Of a DNA stretch of 64,000 bases, positions 42,610 through 51,732 are shown piece by piece (within the stretch, counting starts at the first letter, position 1; each line of letters starts with the position of its first letter). The translations under genes were made by a program, and so were the position numbers. This stretch comes from an uncultured Planctomycetota bacterium (GTDB lineage: Bacteria > Planctomycetota > Planctomycetia > Gemmatales > Gemmataceae): the NCBI GenBank assembly GCA_963849325.1, contig CAWKHF010000006.1, positions 192,001-256,000 on the forward strand, in the 5' to 3' direction. The notes below the pieces were generated by a model. That model saw nothing but the letters and a program-made list of their open reading frames with translations, was not told the origin of the DNA and did no database searches.

Positions 42610-43863
42610 GTGGACATCCGCGAACAGAAAGCCGTTGAGCTTGCCGACCGAGGCCGCGTCGTCAAGCGGCCGAACGGTTGGCTCATCTACTCCCTTAACA
42701 GCTCCGAAAAGTATTTCGTCACCGTGTTGCCACTGTCCTGTACTTGCGCGGATTTCGAGCTGCGGCAAGAGCCGTGCAAGCATGTCCTTGCCGTGCAAAT
42801 TACCCTGTCCCGTGAAGCCAGCGGTTCTCTCACCGAGCAGAGCACGGAGACGCCGCCGATCAACTGGCCGCGAAAAACCTACCAACAGGATTGGCCGAAC
42901 TACGACGCCGCGCAGGAAAACGAGAAAAGAGAGTTTCGCTATCTCTTGTCCGACTTGTGCAGTACCATTCCGCAGCCCGAACCCAAGGGCGGGACGAAGG
43001 GCGGCAGACCGGCCGCGCTTCTGTCCGACGTGATTTTCGCCAGCGTCTTCAAGGTCTATTCGGGCCTGTCCGGTCGGCGTTTCAACACCGACCTGGAAGA
43101 AACTCAAGAGCGCGGCTTCGTCTCTGCCGTCGTTCACCACAGCAGGATTGCCCGTTGCCTGGAGGACGAGGAAACAACTCCGCTCCTCGTCCGCCTCATC
43201 GAAGCGAGCGCTCTGCCGTTCCGGGCCATTGAGACGGAATTCGCCGTGGACAGCAGCGGCTTTTCGTCGTGCAAGTTCGACCGCTGGTACAGCGTCAAGT
43301 GGGGCCGCGTCATGTCGAAGCATTCGTGGGTCAAGGTCCACGTTATCTGCGGCAGTACTACCCACGTCGTTACCAGCGTCATCGTCGGGACCAAAGACTC
43401 TTCGGATGCTCCGCAATTCGCTCCCCTCGTAAAGACGACGGCCCGAAACTTCACCATCGGTCAAGCGAGCGCCGACAAGGCGTATGCGTCGGCCGAAAAC
43501 TTTGAAATCGCGGAGGAGTGCGGCGGCACTCCCTACATCGCCTTCAAGAGCAATGCGACGGGAGCGGTCGGCGGCGTTTATGAGCGCATGTACCACCTGT
43601 TTTGCTTGAACAAGGAAGACTACCTCCACCATTACCATCGACGAAGCAACGTGGAGTCCGTCTTCAGCGCCGTCAAGCGCCTGTTCGCCGACGCCGTGCG
43701 GAGCAAGCACGAAACCGCGATGAAGAACGAGGCTCTGTGCAAGCTGCTCGCCTACAACATTACCCTGCTGGTTCACGCGATCTACGAGCTTGGTCTTGAG
43801 CCTCGGTTCGCGGATGAACACGACGAACCCCCTTTCATCTTGCCGATGGTTCGGCCCGGTTAG
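42610..43863 (+). CDS. DDE transposase (IS5/IS4-superfamily-like) with an N-terminal SWIM zinc finger
   Basis: SWIM CTCADF...EPCKH; QDWPNY..AQ; AVDSSGF, WVKVH, SADKAY, YHRRSNVESVFSAVKR. Confidence 0.92.
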   Translation: MDIREQKAVELADRGRVVKRPNGWLIYSLNSSEKYFVTVLPLSCTCADFELRQEPCKHVLAVQITLSREASGSLTEQSTETPPINWPRKTYQQDWPNYDAAQENEKREFRYLLSDLCSTIPQPEPKGGTKGGRPAALLSDVIFASVFKVYSGLSGRRFNTDLEETQERGFVSAVVHHSRIARCLEDEETTPLLVRLIEASALPFRAIETEFAVDSSGFSSCKFDRWYSVKWGRVMSKHSWVKVHVICGSTTHVVTSVIVGTKDSSDAPQFAPLVKTTARNFTIGQASADKAYASAENFEIAEECGGTPYIAFKSNATGAVGGVYERMYHLFCLNKEDYLHHYHRRSNVESVFSAVKRLFADAVRSKHETAMKNEALCKLLAYNITLLVHAIYELGLEPRFADEHDEPPFILPMVRPG

Positions 43864-44091
43864 CGGCTCCGGGGTTTTGCAACAGAATACCGGCCTGTTG
43901 CTAAACTGCTGATCCTGTTGCAAAACCTCTGTTGCTAAACTGGTTTGGCAACAAAGCCATGTTGCAAGAGAAAAAAATTGACTGCGGACGGATGGCGCGA
44001 GGTGGCACGAAATGGCGGCAAATGACAGGAAGGGCGGGGACCGGACTTCGTTTTGCCCGAGGGGACGGCTACCATGAGCGGGGAGGTGAGT

Positions 44092-44385
44092 ATGAATGAA
44101 TTACCCGCTCCGCCGGATGCGGCCGGCGATCCCGAGTCCGTGGAACTGCTGCGGGCCTGGGTCGTGCGCGAGACGCTGCAATGCTCGCTGCAAGCCGATG
44201 TCTTCCCCGACCCCGGCACCTGGGGCGCCGTCCTGGCCGACGTGGTTCGCTACGTCGCCAGCGCCGTCGAGCAGCAGGACGGCACCCCCGCCGCCCAGAC
44301 GGCTCGGCGCATCCTCGATGTGTTCGCCGAGGAGATGCGCTCCTCTCCCGATGAAGGAGCGACCCCCACAGAGCCTGAAGCGTAA
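44092..44385 (+). CDS. DUF5076-like small protein
   Basis: ELP.PPDA..D.ESVELLRAW, P.TWG..LAD..R.VA; the stop codon is supplied by a family-B REP. Confidence 0.75.
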   Translation: MNELPAPPDAAGDPESVELLRAWVVRETLQCSLQADVFPDPGTWGAVLADVVRYVASAVEQQDGTPAAQTARRILDVFAEEMRSSPDEGATPTEPEA

Positions 44386-44414
44386 GCGAAGAGTATCCCT
44401 TCTTCGCTTACGCT

Positions 44415-47400
44415 TCAGGCTGTTAGCGCATCCCGGACGCCGGCCGCTCCGACGCCTTGCGCAGGCGCTGGTCGGGGCCGTTGTTTCCACGCCTTGACGT
44501 CCTCTTGCAGCACCTGGACCGCCTTCGTCAACTGCACGTCCACGCCGCGCGGCATCTGGCCCGGCTCGGGCCAAACGATGGGATCGGGCACGGCGCCGTT
44601 CAACTCCATGTCCTCGCCGTCGTTGACGAGGAACCAGCCGCGGTACGGTACGCGGATCAGGCCGACGTCCATGATGAGTGCCGCTCCGGTGCTGACGACG
44701 CCGCCGGCGGTGGGCACGCCGACGAGCCGGCCGCGCTTCAGCGTTTTGATGGCGTGACTGAAAATCTCGGCGTTGCTGAAGCTGTTCTGGTTGCACAGCA
44801 CGACGATGGGCTTGTTCCAGGTGGCGTAGATCTTGCGGTCGTGCGGGTAGCCGGGTCCGCCGCCGCGCGGCACGGTGACGGCGTGGACCGGCTGCGTCAG
44901 GGCCGTCAGCAGGTGGTCCGCCGTGTTGCCGCCGCCGTTCTCGCGCACGTCGATGACCAGGCCGTCCTTGCCGGCGCCGACGGCGTACAACTGTTCCTCG
45001 AACTTGCTGAAGCTGACCGGGTCCATGGCGCTGATGTGCAGGTAGCCCAGCGTCCCCCGCACGGCGCGAGCCACCTCTCGGCGATTGTGTTCCAGCCAGG
45101 CCTGGTAAAGCAGCGGCGGCACCAGCTTGTACGAGATCGGACGCAGGACCACGTCGCGCTCCTCGCCCTCGGTCCCGCGCACGCGCAGGTACACGTCGCG
45201 CGGCAGCGGGCCGTTCAGCACGCGCGTTAAATCCATGTCCGGCTCGACGGCCGTATCCTCGATCTTGAGGATGACTTCGCCCGCGCGCAGACGGCCCTTC
45301 TTCTGGTCGGCCGGCCCGCGCGGCAGCACGTCGCGCACCTTCAGTCCCGGACCCGGATAGTCCGGCTGGAAACGCACGCCCAGGTGCGCGGTCGTCTCGG
45401 ACCATTTGGCGGAGGGCGCCTCCGCCGCCGGCGGATGGAAGCGGACGAAGCCTGGACTGCCGGGCGGATAAAAGCCCAGGTGCGAGCCGTTCAATTCGCC
45501 GAGCATCAGCTGAACGACGGTGGTGAACGCCTCGCTGTCGGGGGCCTCGGCGGCCCTATCGAGATACTTGCGGCGGATGGCCGGCCAATCGCGGTTGCCG
45601 AGGCGCTCGTCGTACCAGCGATCGCGGCATGGTGCGCCAGCACAGATCGAAGGCGGCGCGGTTGCGCTGGGCCAGATCCACGCGCTGCAAGGCCTGGAAG
45701 CGATAACCTCCCGGGACCGATTCGCCGGCCGCAGTGGACGCCGGGCCGCGCCGCGCCGGCTCGGCCGGCTCGGTTGTCGCCGACTTCGCCGCGCCCGGCG
45801 TGAAGCTCGCCGGCAGGCCGTTCGACAACCACACCACCTGATTGCCCTGTTTTAGCCAGCGCGGCCGGCTGCCCGTCTGCGCCGTCAGGAATTTCGGTTT
45901 GAGATCGTCGGGGACCTCGATGGTGTACGTCCCTCGTTTGCCCTCGATGACGGCCGTGAAGGCCAGCTTCTTCGAGTCCGGCGACCAGAACAGGCCACTC
46001 TCCGTCGCATGGGGGATCGAGACGCGATGAAGGCGCGCGTGAATGTTGTCGAAGTCGATGACCACCTCCGGCGCCCGCGCCGGTCCCGCGGCGCGGTTGT
46101 CCTCGGCGACGCCTTTCTTTTTGCGCACTTTGTTGATCTTTTCCAGCGCTTTATCGAGGCTGCGTCCGCGTCCGCCTTTCTCATCGTCCTCGGCGCGGAG
46201 CCAGACGTAATGGATGTCCACCTCGGTCAGTCCGCGCCGTCCGGTGAAGGCGAGGAGGCGACCGTCCGGCGACCACACCGGGTTGCCGTCGTTGTAGGGA
46301 TGGCGCGACAGGTTGAACGGCTTGCGCGAAGCGTCGGCAGGCACGATCCAGACATCGCGGTTGAAATCGCTGTCGCTGTGGGCGTAGACCAGCCATTTGC
46401 CGTCGGGCGACCAGTCGTATTCCAGCTCGTCCCACGATGGCACCAACCGCCGGGCGTTGCGGCCGTCGGCGTCGGCGATCCACAGATCGCCCCGGCCGCG
46501 CAGGTAGGCGAGGCGCGAACCATCGGGGCTGAAGGTCAGGTTCGACTTGACCTCGCCGTCGTCGCTCAAGCGTTCGAGCCGGAAGCGGCTGTTTTGCCAC
46601 CACGGTTTATTGGGGTCGGCGCGGACGGCGCGCCAGATGTCCGAGCGCGCTTCGCGGTCGGCCACGAACAGGAGCGTCTGTCCGTCCGGCGCGAAGACGG
46701 GACGCTTTTCCTCCTCGGCGGTGGCCGTCACCTGTCGCGGCTCGCGCAGCTCGGTATCCATGACCCACAGGTCACCGCCGGCGATGAAGGCGACCTCCAG
46801 GCCGTCCGCCGTGAACGCCGCCTCGCTCGCCTGCCGCAGGACACGGTTCTCGATGCGGTCCTTCACTGGGTCGCTGTCGTGGCGGACTTCGATCTTCCAC
46901 GGTTTTTTGTCTCGGCCGGGGTGCAGACCATAGAGGTCGAACAGGTGGCGGAAGACGAGCGTGGAGCCGTCGCGGGAGACGCACGGAAAGACAACCGAGT
47001 CGTCGCGGAAGTGCGTCAACTGTTCGCCCGAGCCGGAGGCGAGGTCATGGACCCAGAGGTTGAACGAACCGCCGTGCGCGCCGACGTAGTAAAAGCCCTT
47101 ACCATCCGGCTTCCACAGCGGCCAACGGCAGCCGGTGTCCTCGTCGAGCAAGCGACGGAACGTCCGGGCTTGGAGATCGTAGAGCCAGATCTGGCTGGCC
47201 TGCGAGCCGCGATAGCCCTTGCGCCACCAGGCCGGACCCTCGCGCGTGAACAGCAAGCGCTTGCCGTCGGGCGACAGGCAGCCGTTCTGCCCATAGTCGT
47301 CGAACAGCAGCCGCTCGACCTGGCGCACCTCCGCACCGATGGAGAAGAAGCGTTCGGCGTGGCGCCAGAAGTGATCGCGGACAGCGTTGATCAGGAGGCG

Positions 47401-47769
47401 CCGCCCATCGGGATACCAGTCCTGGAGCGAGCAGCCGGCCGTATGGTAGGTGAGCTGCCCTGGCGTGCCGCCGGCGGTGGGCATGACGTGGACCTGCGCC
47501 GCGCCGCTGCGCTCGCTGATGAAAGCGAGGCGCTGGCCGTCGGGCGAAAAGTGCGGCTGGCGGTCGCGGGCCGGATGCTGGGTCAAGCGCCGGGCGACTC
47601 CGCCGGCGGTGGGTACGGTCCAGACGTCGCCGTCCCAGTCGAAGGCGAGGAGGGCGCCGTCGGGCGACAGGGCAGGATGGTTGGCCAGGCGGATGACTTC
47701 GTCGGCGCGGCCGGGACCGGCCACGAACACCAGGACCGCCGCGATCAGCGAAAGAGCAGCGTGCTTCAC
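44415..47769 (-). CDS. Tricorn-like S41 peptidase (PD40 propellers, PDZ, S41), frameshift near 45630 and probably near the 3' end
   Basis: PALSPDG/WSPDG repeats, MLGELNGSH, GYLHI, VIDVRENGGG, SFSNAEIF, GVPTAGGV, GAVPD. Confidence 0.92.
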
Positions 47770-47937
47770 GGTGAATCCTCCGATACGCGGAAGGGGATGC
47801 GCGTCCGAGAGCGGGACGACAGGCATTGTGTCCATCCGTCGCCGACCTGGCAAGCGACTTCCGCGTTGGCGACGGTGTCTCTTGCGAGCCGCGCCCTCGG
47901 CGCGTATTCTGAGAGGGTGATCCGACCGACGGATCCT

Positions 47938-48032
47938 GGGAGCGTTTGCACCTCTGGTGGGGGCCCTGGTCTTCAAAACCAGTGGCGGGTTTGAACAAAG
48001 CTCGCTGTGGGTTCGATTCCCATACGCTCTCG
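47938..48032 (+). tRNA. selC: tRNA-Sec (UCA)
   Basis: 8-bp acceptor GGGAGCGT/ACGCTCTC plus G73; TGGT D loop; CTGGT-CTTCAAA-ACCAG with TCA at 47973-47975; long variable arm; GTGGG-TTCGATT-CCCAT. Confidence 0.92.
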
Positions 48033-48132
48033 ATAAATGGTTTCGGAACCTTTGCCCAACCCTCCAGCGCAAGCTATCTGTTGCAAGGAGTCCATCTCGT
48101 TCAGGATCGCTGGCTGGTGCTCGCCGAACCGT

Positions 48133-48621
48133 TCATCCTCCCGGCCCGTTCGCCGGCTGTCCAGTCTCGTGGGCGTTGATCCGGGCGATGAGCGAATGGA
48201 TCAACGCTCGAACGGTCTGAGATTGGAGGACTTCCTGAACCAACCGGATGAATTCATCGTCCGTCACCGCCTGCCGCTGGAGCAGCGACGGGTCTATCGC
48301 GTGTGCGAAGGAGGCTGTGACCGCCTGCAACGGAGTGCGTGGCTTGGGGGCGAACGCCAGGGCGGTGACCGTCACGGGGTAGAGCCTGTCTATCGCATGA
48401 GTGGCCGACAGTAGCCGCTCTCGGTAGAAGTTGAGGCCGGGAGCGATGAGGTCCAACTGATGCTGAACCAATTGGTCTGTCTCCGTAGTCGTGAGCTTGG
48501 CCTGGAGCATCCCTTGCGTCTTCTGGGACAACCGCCCCTCTTGAGCCCGGAGGATCGCAATCGGCGGCAAGACATTTACCTTGATGTCGTCTGACCAGAG
48601 GTCGGGGATAGTCGTGGCCAT
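48133..48621 (-). CDS. Hypothetical protein co-transcribed with the EEP gene
   Basis: GGGAGAG RBS; MATTIPDLW...P.AILR.Q...L..KT.G.L, APGLNFYR.RLL. Confidence 0.75.
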   Translation of the reverse strand: MATTIPDLWSDDIKVNVLPPIAILRAQEGRLSQKTQGMLQAKLTTTETDQLVQHQLDLIAPGLNFYRERLLSATHAIDRLYPVTVTALAFAPKPRTPLQAVTASFAHAIDPSLLQRQAVTDDEFIRLVQEVLQSQTVRALIHSLIARINAHETGQPANGPGG

Positions 48622-48638
48622 GATGTCTCTCCCTACGT

Positions 48639-49484
48639 TTACAGGTTGAGCCGGAACAATACGGGGAGATGGTCCGACGCTTCGGACGATCGGGGCCGTC
48701 TCCTGTCCGTCAGAAGGGATTGCTGTCCATCGTCTTCCAGGATACGCAACTCCGCCAGTGCATCCATCAAAGCGGGCCGCAGCAACACCTGGTCGAACAG
48801 GTGCCAGTAGTAGCCGCGGGGGCTGGAGGCCGAGTAAAAGTAGGTTCCCGCTGGCCCCGGCGTCCGGTCCCCGAAGCAGCCCCATATCGGGTTATAGAAG
48901 AAGCGGTAAGGCCGTCCCGCCACTGTCCGCTCCTCACCCCTGGCGAGATCACGGGTCATGACGGCGTTGAGAGCTTGCGCACCGACCATGCCCAGGTCGA
49001 ACGGATTCATGTTCAGGTCGCCAACCAGCACCGTTCGCTGGTGCCCCACTACATCCTCGGTATCCGTGATGTTCCGCTGCAAGACGGTCGCCTGCAGAGC
49101 CTGATCGTTGACATCCCACCCCATCTGGCTCTGGAAGTGCAAGCCTGCGAGCAGTATGTCCGCCGTGGGCGAGATCATCAGGCGGCGGATCGTCAGGCGG
49201 CCATCGGACGAGTCGTTGAATTGATCGATTACCGCCGCTTGCGGGAAACGGGTGAAGAGTTGGATGCGCTGGCTGTTGCTGGGTGGGTAGCAAAAGGTGG
49301 CTGACCCGCCGCCGTTGAGCGCTCCGAGGACTTCAAACGGGTCGAAGGCGGACTCAGCCAGCAGAAGCACCTCAACGCCGAAGTGAGAGACGATCTGGGC
49401 GATGTGGGTACGCAGGACCGGCACCCGTGCGGTCCAAGTCGTTGTCTGGTTGCCCATCAGGTTCCAAAACAGAAACGTAATCAT
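48639..49484 (-). CDS. Endonuclease/exonuclease/phosphatase (EEP) family protein
   Basis: FLFWN, LLLAE, H, LVGDLNMNPFD, FDQVL, SDHLPV. Confidence 0.9.
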   Translation of the reverse strand: MITFLFWNLMGNQTTTWTARVPVLRTHIAQIVSHFGVEVLLLAESAFDPFEVLGALNGGGSATFCYPPSNSQRIQLFTRFPQAAVIDQFNDSSDGRLTIRRLMISPTADILLAGLHFQSQMGWDVNDQALQATVLQRNITDTEDVVGHQRTVLVGDLNMNPFDLGMVGAQALNAVMTRDLARGEERTVAGRPYRFFYNPIWGCFGDRTPGPAGTYFYSASSPRGYYWHLFDQVLLRPALMDALAELRILEDDGQQSLLTDRRRPRSSEASDHLPVLFRLNL

Positions 49485-49672
49485 TGGCCTCGCTTCTCCC
49501 GCTGTCCCTAGTCTACCAGGTCATACCGCCCTTCTCGATTGGGGAAGCGACGACCATCGCCTTTCCGCGGCACCCGACGAACCCCTCCCCTGTCTCGGAT
49601 TCCGACGCATCGGGGCGGCGAACCGGGCAGGTGGCGTTCGCCGACCTGAGCAAAAAAAGTACCGATTTTTTC

Positions 49673-49945
49673 TTGCGTCTAACGCCTCTTCTTTGTATAA
49701 ATTCGTCTAACGAAGAGTTGGAGCACGACGTTCCGGACCTTCCTCACCAAGGACTTTGCTCACATGGACGTGTCCATCCTACCTCGTCCGCCCTTCCCGT
49801 TTTTCGTTTACTTCCACACGGACCTCACGAGGCTCCTCGAAGGGAACGAGGCGTTGAAGACGCCCGTGCCGGATCGATTGACAAGGAGATCGAGGCGCGA
49901 AGCTTTTCCGGACCTTTTGCCCCTGGCTCATGGAGGATGCCTGCC
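49673..49945 (+). promoter_or_regulatory. csrA promoter and GGA-rich 5' leader
   Basis: TTGCGT-N17-TATAAA, followed by about 11 GGA motifs, some in hairpin loops and one in the RBS. Confidence 0.55.
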
Positions 49946-50413
49946 ATGTTGGTGCTGGCTCGCCAGTTGAACGAACGCATCATCATCCCTGTGGTGCGGG
50001 CGACGATCGAGGTCGTCGCCCTCAAGCCCAACGCCGTTCGGCTGGGGATCGACGCCCCGCCGGAGGTCGCCATCCTCCGCGAGGAGGTCTTCCGCCGCGC
50101 CGGTGGAACGTCGGCCGACCTGTCCCGGCCGGCCGACCCGGACGCGGAAGTGCGTCTGTCGCGCATCAAGCACGTCCTGCGCAACCGCCTGCATAGCGTC
50201 GCGCTGGGGATGGATCTGCTGTCCCAGCCGCTGCGCGAGAACCCCGTGCCTGGCCTGGAGACGATGCTCCAGCGCATGGCGGAGGAGGTTCGCACGCTCG
50301 ATGAGCAGCTGCGCGCCTTGCTGGCGGAGCCGCTCGACCGAGTGGTCGTACACGACGCCATCGGACGGCCGGCCCCCTCCCGGGAAACAGCGGAAGGCGG
50401 TCTCGCCAGCTGA
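49946..50413 (+). CDS. csrA: CsrA-family translational regulator with C-terminal helical extension
   Basis: MLVLARQLNERIII...IEVV......VRLGIDAPPEVAILREEV. Confidence 0.88.
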   Translation: MLVLARQLNERIIIPVVRATIEVVALKPNAVRLGIDAPPEVAILREEVFRRAGGTSADLSRPADPDAEVRLSRIKHVLRNRLHSVALGMDLLSQPLRENPVPGLETMLQRMAEEVRTLDEQLRALLAEPLDRVVVHDAIGRPAPSRETAEGGLAS

Positions 50414-50549
50414 GGAGGGTTGCCCGGCGATCAGTTACCGGACGAGCCGTTCGGCTCGTCCGGCGGGACGGCGCCATCCGATCCGGATAGGATAATCTTC
50501 CGCCGGATCGCGGCGTCCGCGATCGCGCCACTCCGCCAGGGCCGTTGCC

Positions 50550-51527
50550 ATGCCGTCCTCCCTCGCGCTCGTCATCTCGCCGCTGGCCCTCGTCCCGCAC
50601 GAATGGCTCGACAACGGCATCGAAAGTTTCACCCGCGTGGCTCCTTCCGGCCACTTTTTCCACTACAGCTACAACATCCGCGCTCTGCTGGCCCTGGTCC
50701 TGGTCAGCGTCTGCTGCGGCGCCATCGGCTCGCTGGTCGTCGGCGGCCGATTGGCCTTCTTCAGCGATGCGCTGGCGCACTGTTCCTTCGCCGGCATCAG
50801 CATCGGCTTTCTCGTCTTCACCGGCCTGCTGGCCGGCATTCGACCGGCCCGCGAGTTCTGGGACTGGGCCACCGTGGTCATGGTCCTGTTCGGCATCGTG
50901 GCCGGCTGCGGCATCGTCTGGGTGCGAACCCTCACCGGCCTGAGCAGCGACACCGTGATCGGCGTTTTCTTCGCCGGCGCCGTCGGCCTGGCCGCCGCCC
51001 TGCGCGACCTGATCCACAACCGCGCCCTGTTCAACCTCGAAGACTTCCTCTTCGGCAATCCCATGCTGGTGTTCAGCTCGCACCTCGTCGTCCTGGCGTG
51101 CCTGGCCGTCTTCACCGCCGGGCTTCTGGCCCGCATCTACAACCACCTGCTGCTCACCAGCTTCAACAGCAGCCTGGCCCTGTCGCGCCGCGTGCCGGTG
51201 CAGGCGGTCAATTACCTGTTCATCATTCTGCTGGCCCTGATTGTCAACCTGTGCCTGCGCTTTGTCGGCGCCCTGCTCATCAACGCCCTGCTCATCATCC
51301 CGGCGGCGACGGCCATCAACCTCAGCCGCAACATGCGGCAGCTGTTCTGGCTGACCATCGTCCTCAGCGTGGCCCTCAGCGTCGGCGGACAATGGCTGAA
51401 TTGGGAGATGCTGCAAGGCGCCAAAATCCCTCTCGGCATCTCCGGCACGATTGTTCTGCTCAGCGTGATGGCCTTCGTGTTGTCGATGATCGTCGGCCCG
51501 TGGCTGCGCGGCCGACGCACGGTTTGA
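50550..51527 (+). CDS. Metal (Mn/Zn) ABC transporter permease
   Basis: LAFFSDALAH..FAG, DT.IGVFF, FLFGN, VGALLINALLIIPAATA. Confidence 0.92.
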   Translation: MPSSLALVISPLALVPHEWLDNGIESFTRVAPSGHFFHYSYNIRALLALVLVSVCCGAIGSLVVGGRLAFFSDALAHCSFAGISIGFLVFTGLLAGIRPAREFWDWATVVMVLFGIVAGCGIVWVRTLTGLSSDTVIGVFFAGAVGLAAALRDLIHNRALFNLEDFLFGNPMLVFSSHLVVLACLAVFTAGLLARIYNHLLLTSFNSSLALSRRVPVQAVNYLFIILLALIVNLCLRFVGALLINALLIIPAATAINLSRNMRQLFWLTIVLSVALSVGGQWLNWEMLQGAKIPLGISGTIVLLSVMAFVLSMIVGPWLRGRRTV

Positions 51528-51732
51528 CTCCGAGCCTGAAGCGTAAGCGAAGAGGACGGCAACCGAAGGTTGCCGTCCTCTTCGCTTACGCTTCAGGCTC
51601 GGTGAATACGATAATACCTCGTTTGCAAAAAAATCGCTTGACGCGCGCTCACATTCTGGATAAACTTATCCATATATCCTCCGTCCCGCTCCTCGATCCC
51701 ACCCGGCGGGACACCGACGAAGGAGTCGAGCC

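Larger units (their letters stand above)
41445..43958 (+). mobile_element. IS5-family-like transposon carrying an HTH gene and a tRNA gene
   Basis: Exact 16-bp TIR GGCTTTGTTGCCAAAC (41445-41460 and 43943-43958); flanking direct repeat ATGTTGCAAG (41435-41444 and 43959-43968); DDE transposase inside. Confidence 0.92.

Noticed and set aside
40741-43923. 1060-aa minus-strand ORF spanning the transposon
   Set aside because: It is antisense to the transposase, tRNA and HTH gene and has no recognisable motifs. Only its last 132 codons look like a real gene. The long open frame is noted but is most likely a shadow.
47938-49700. attL/attR-bounded genomic island at selC
   Set aside because: I could not find a repeat of the selC 3' end or an integrase in the window.
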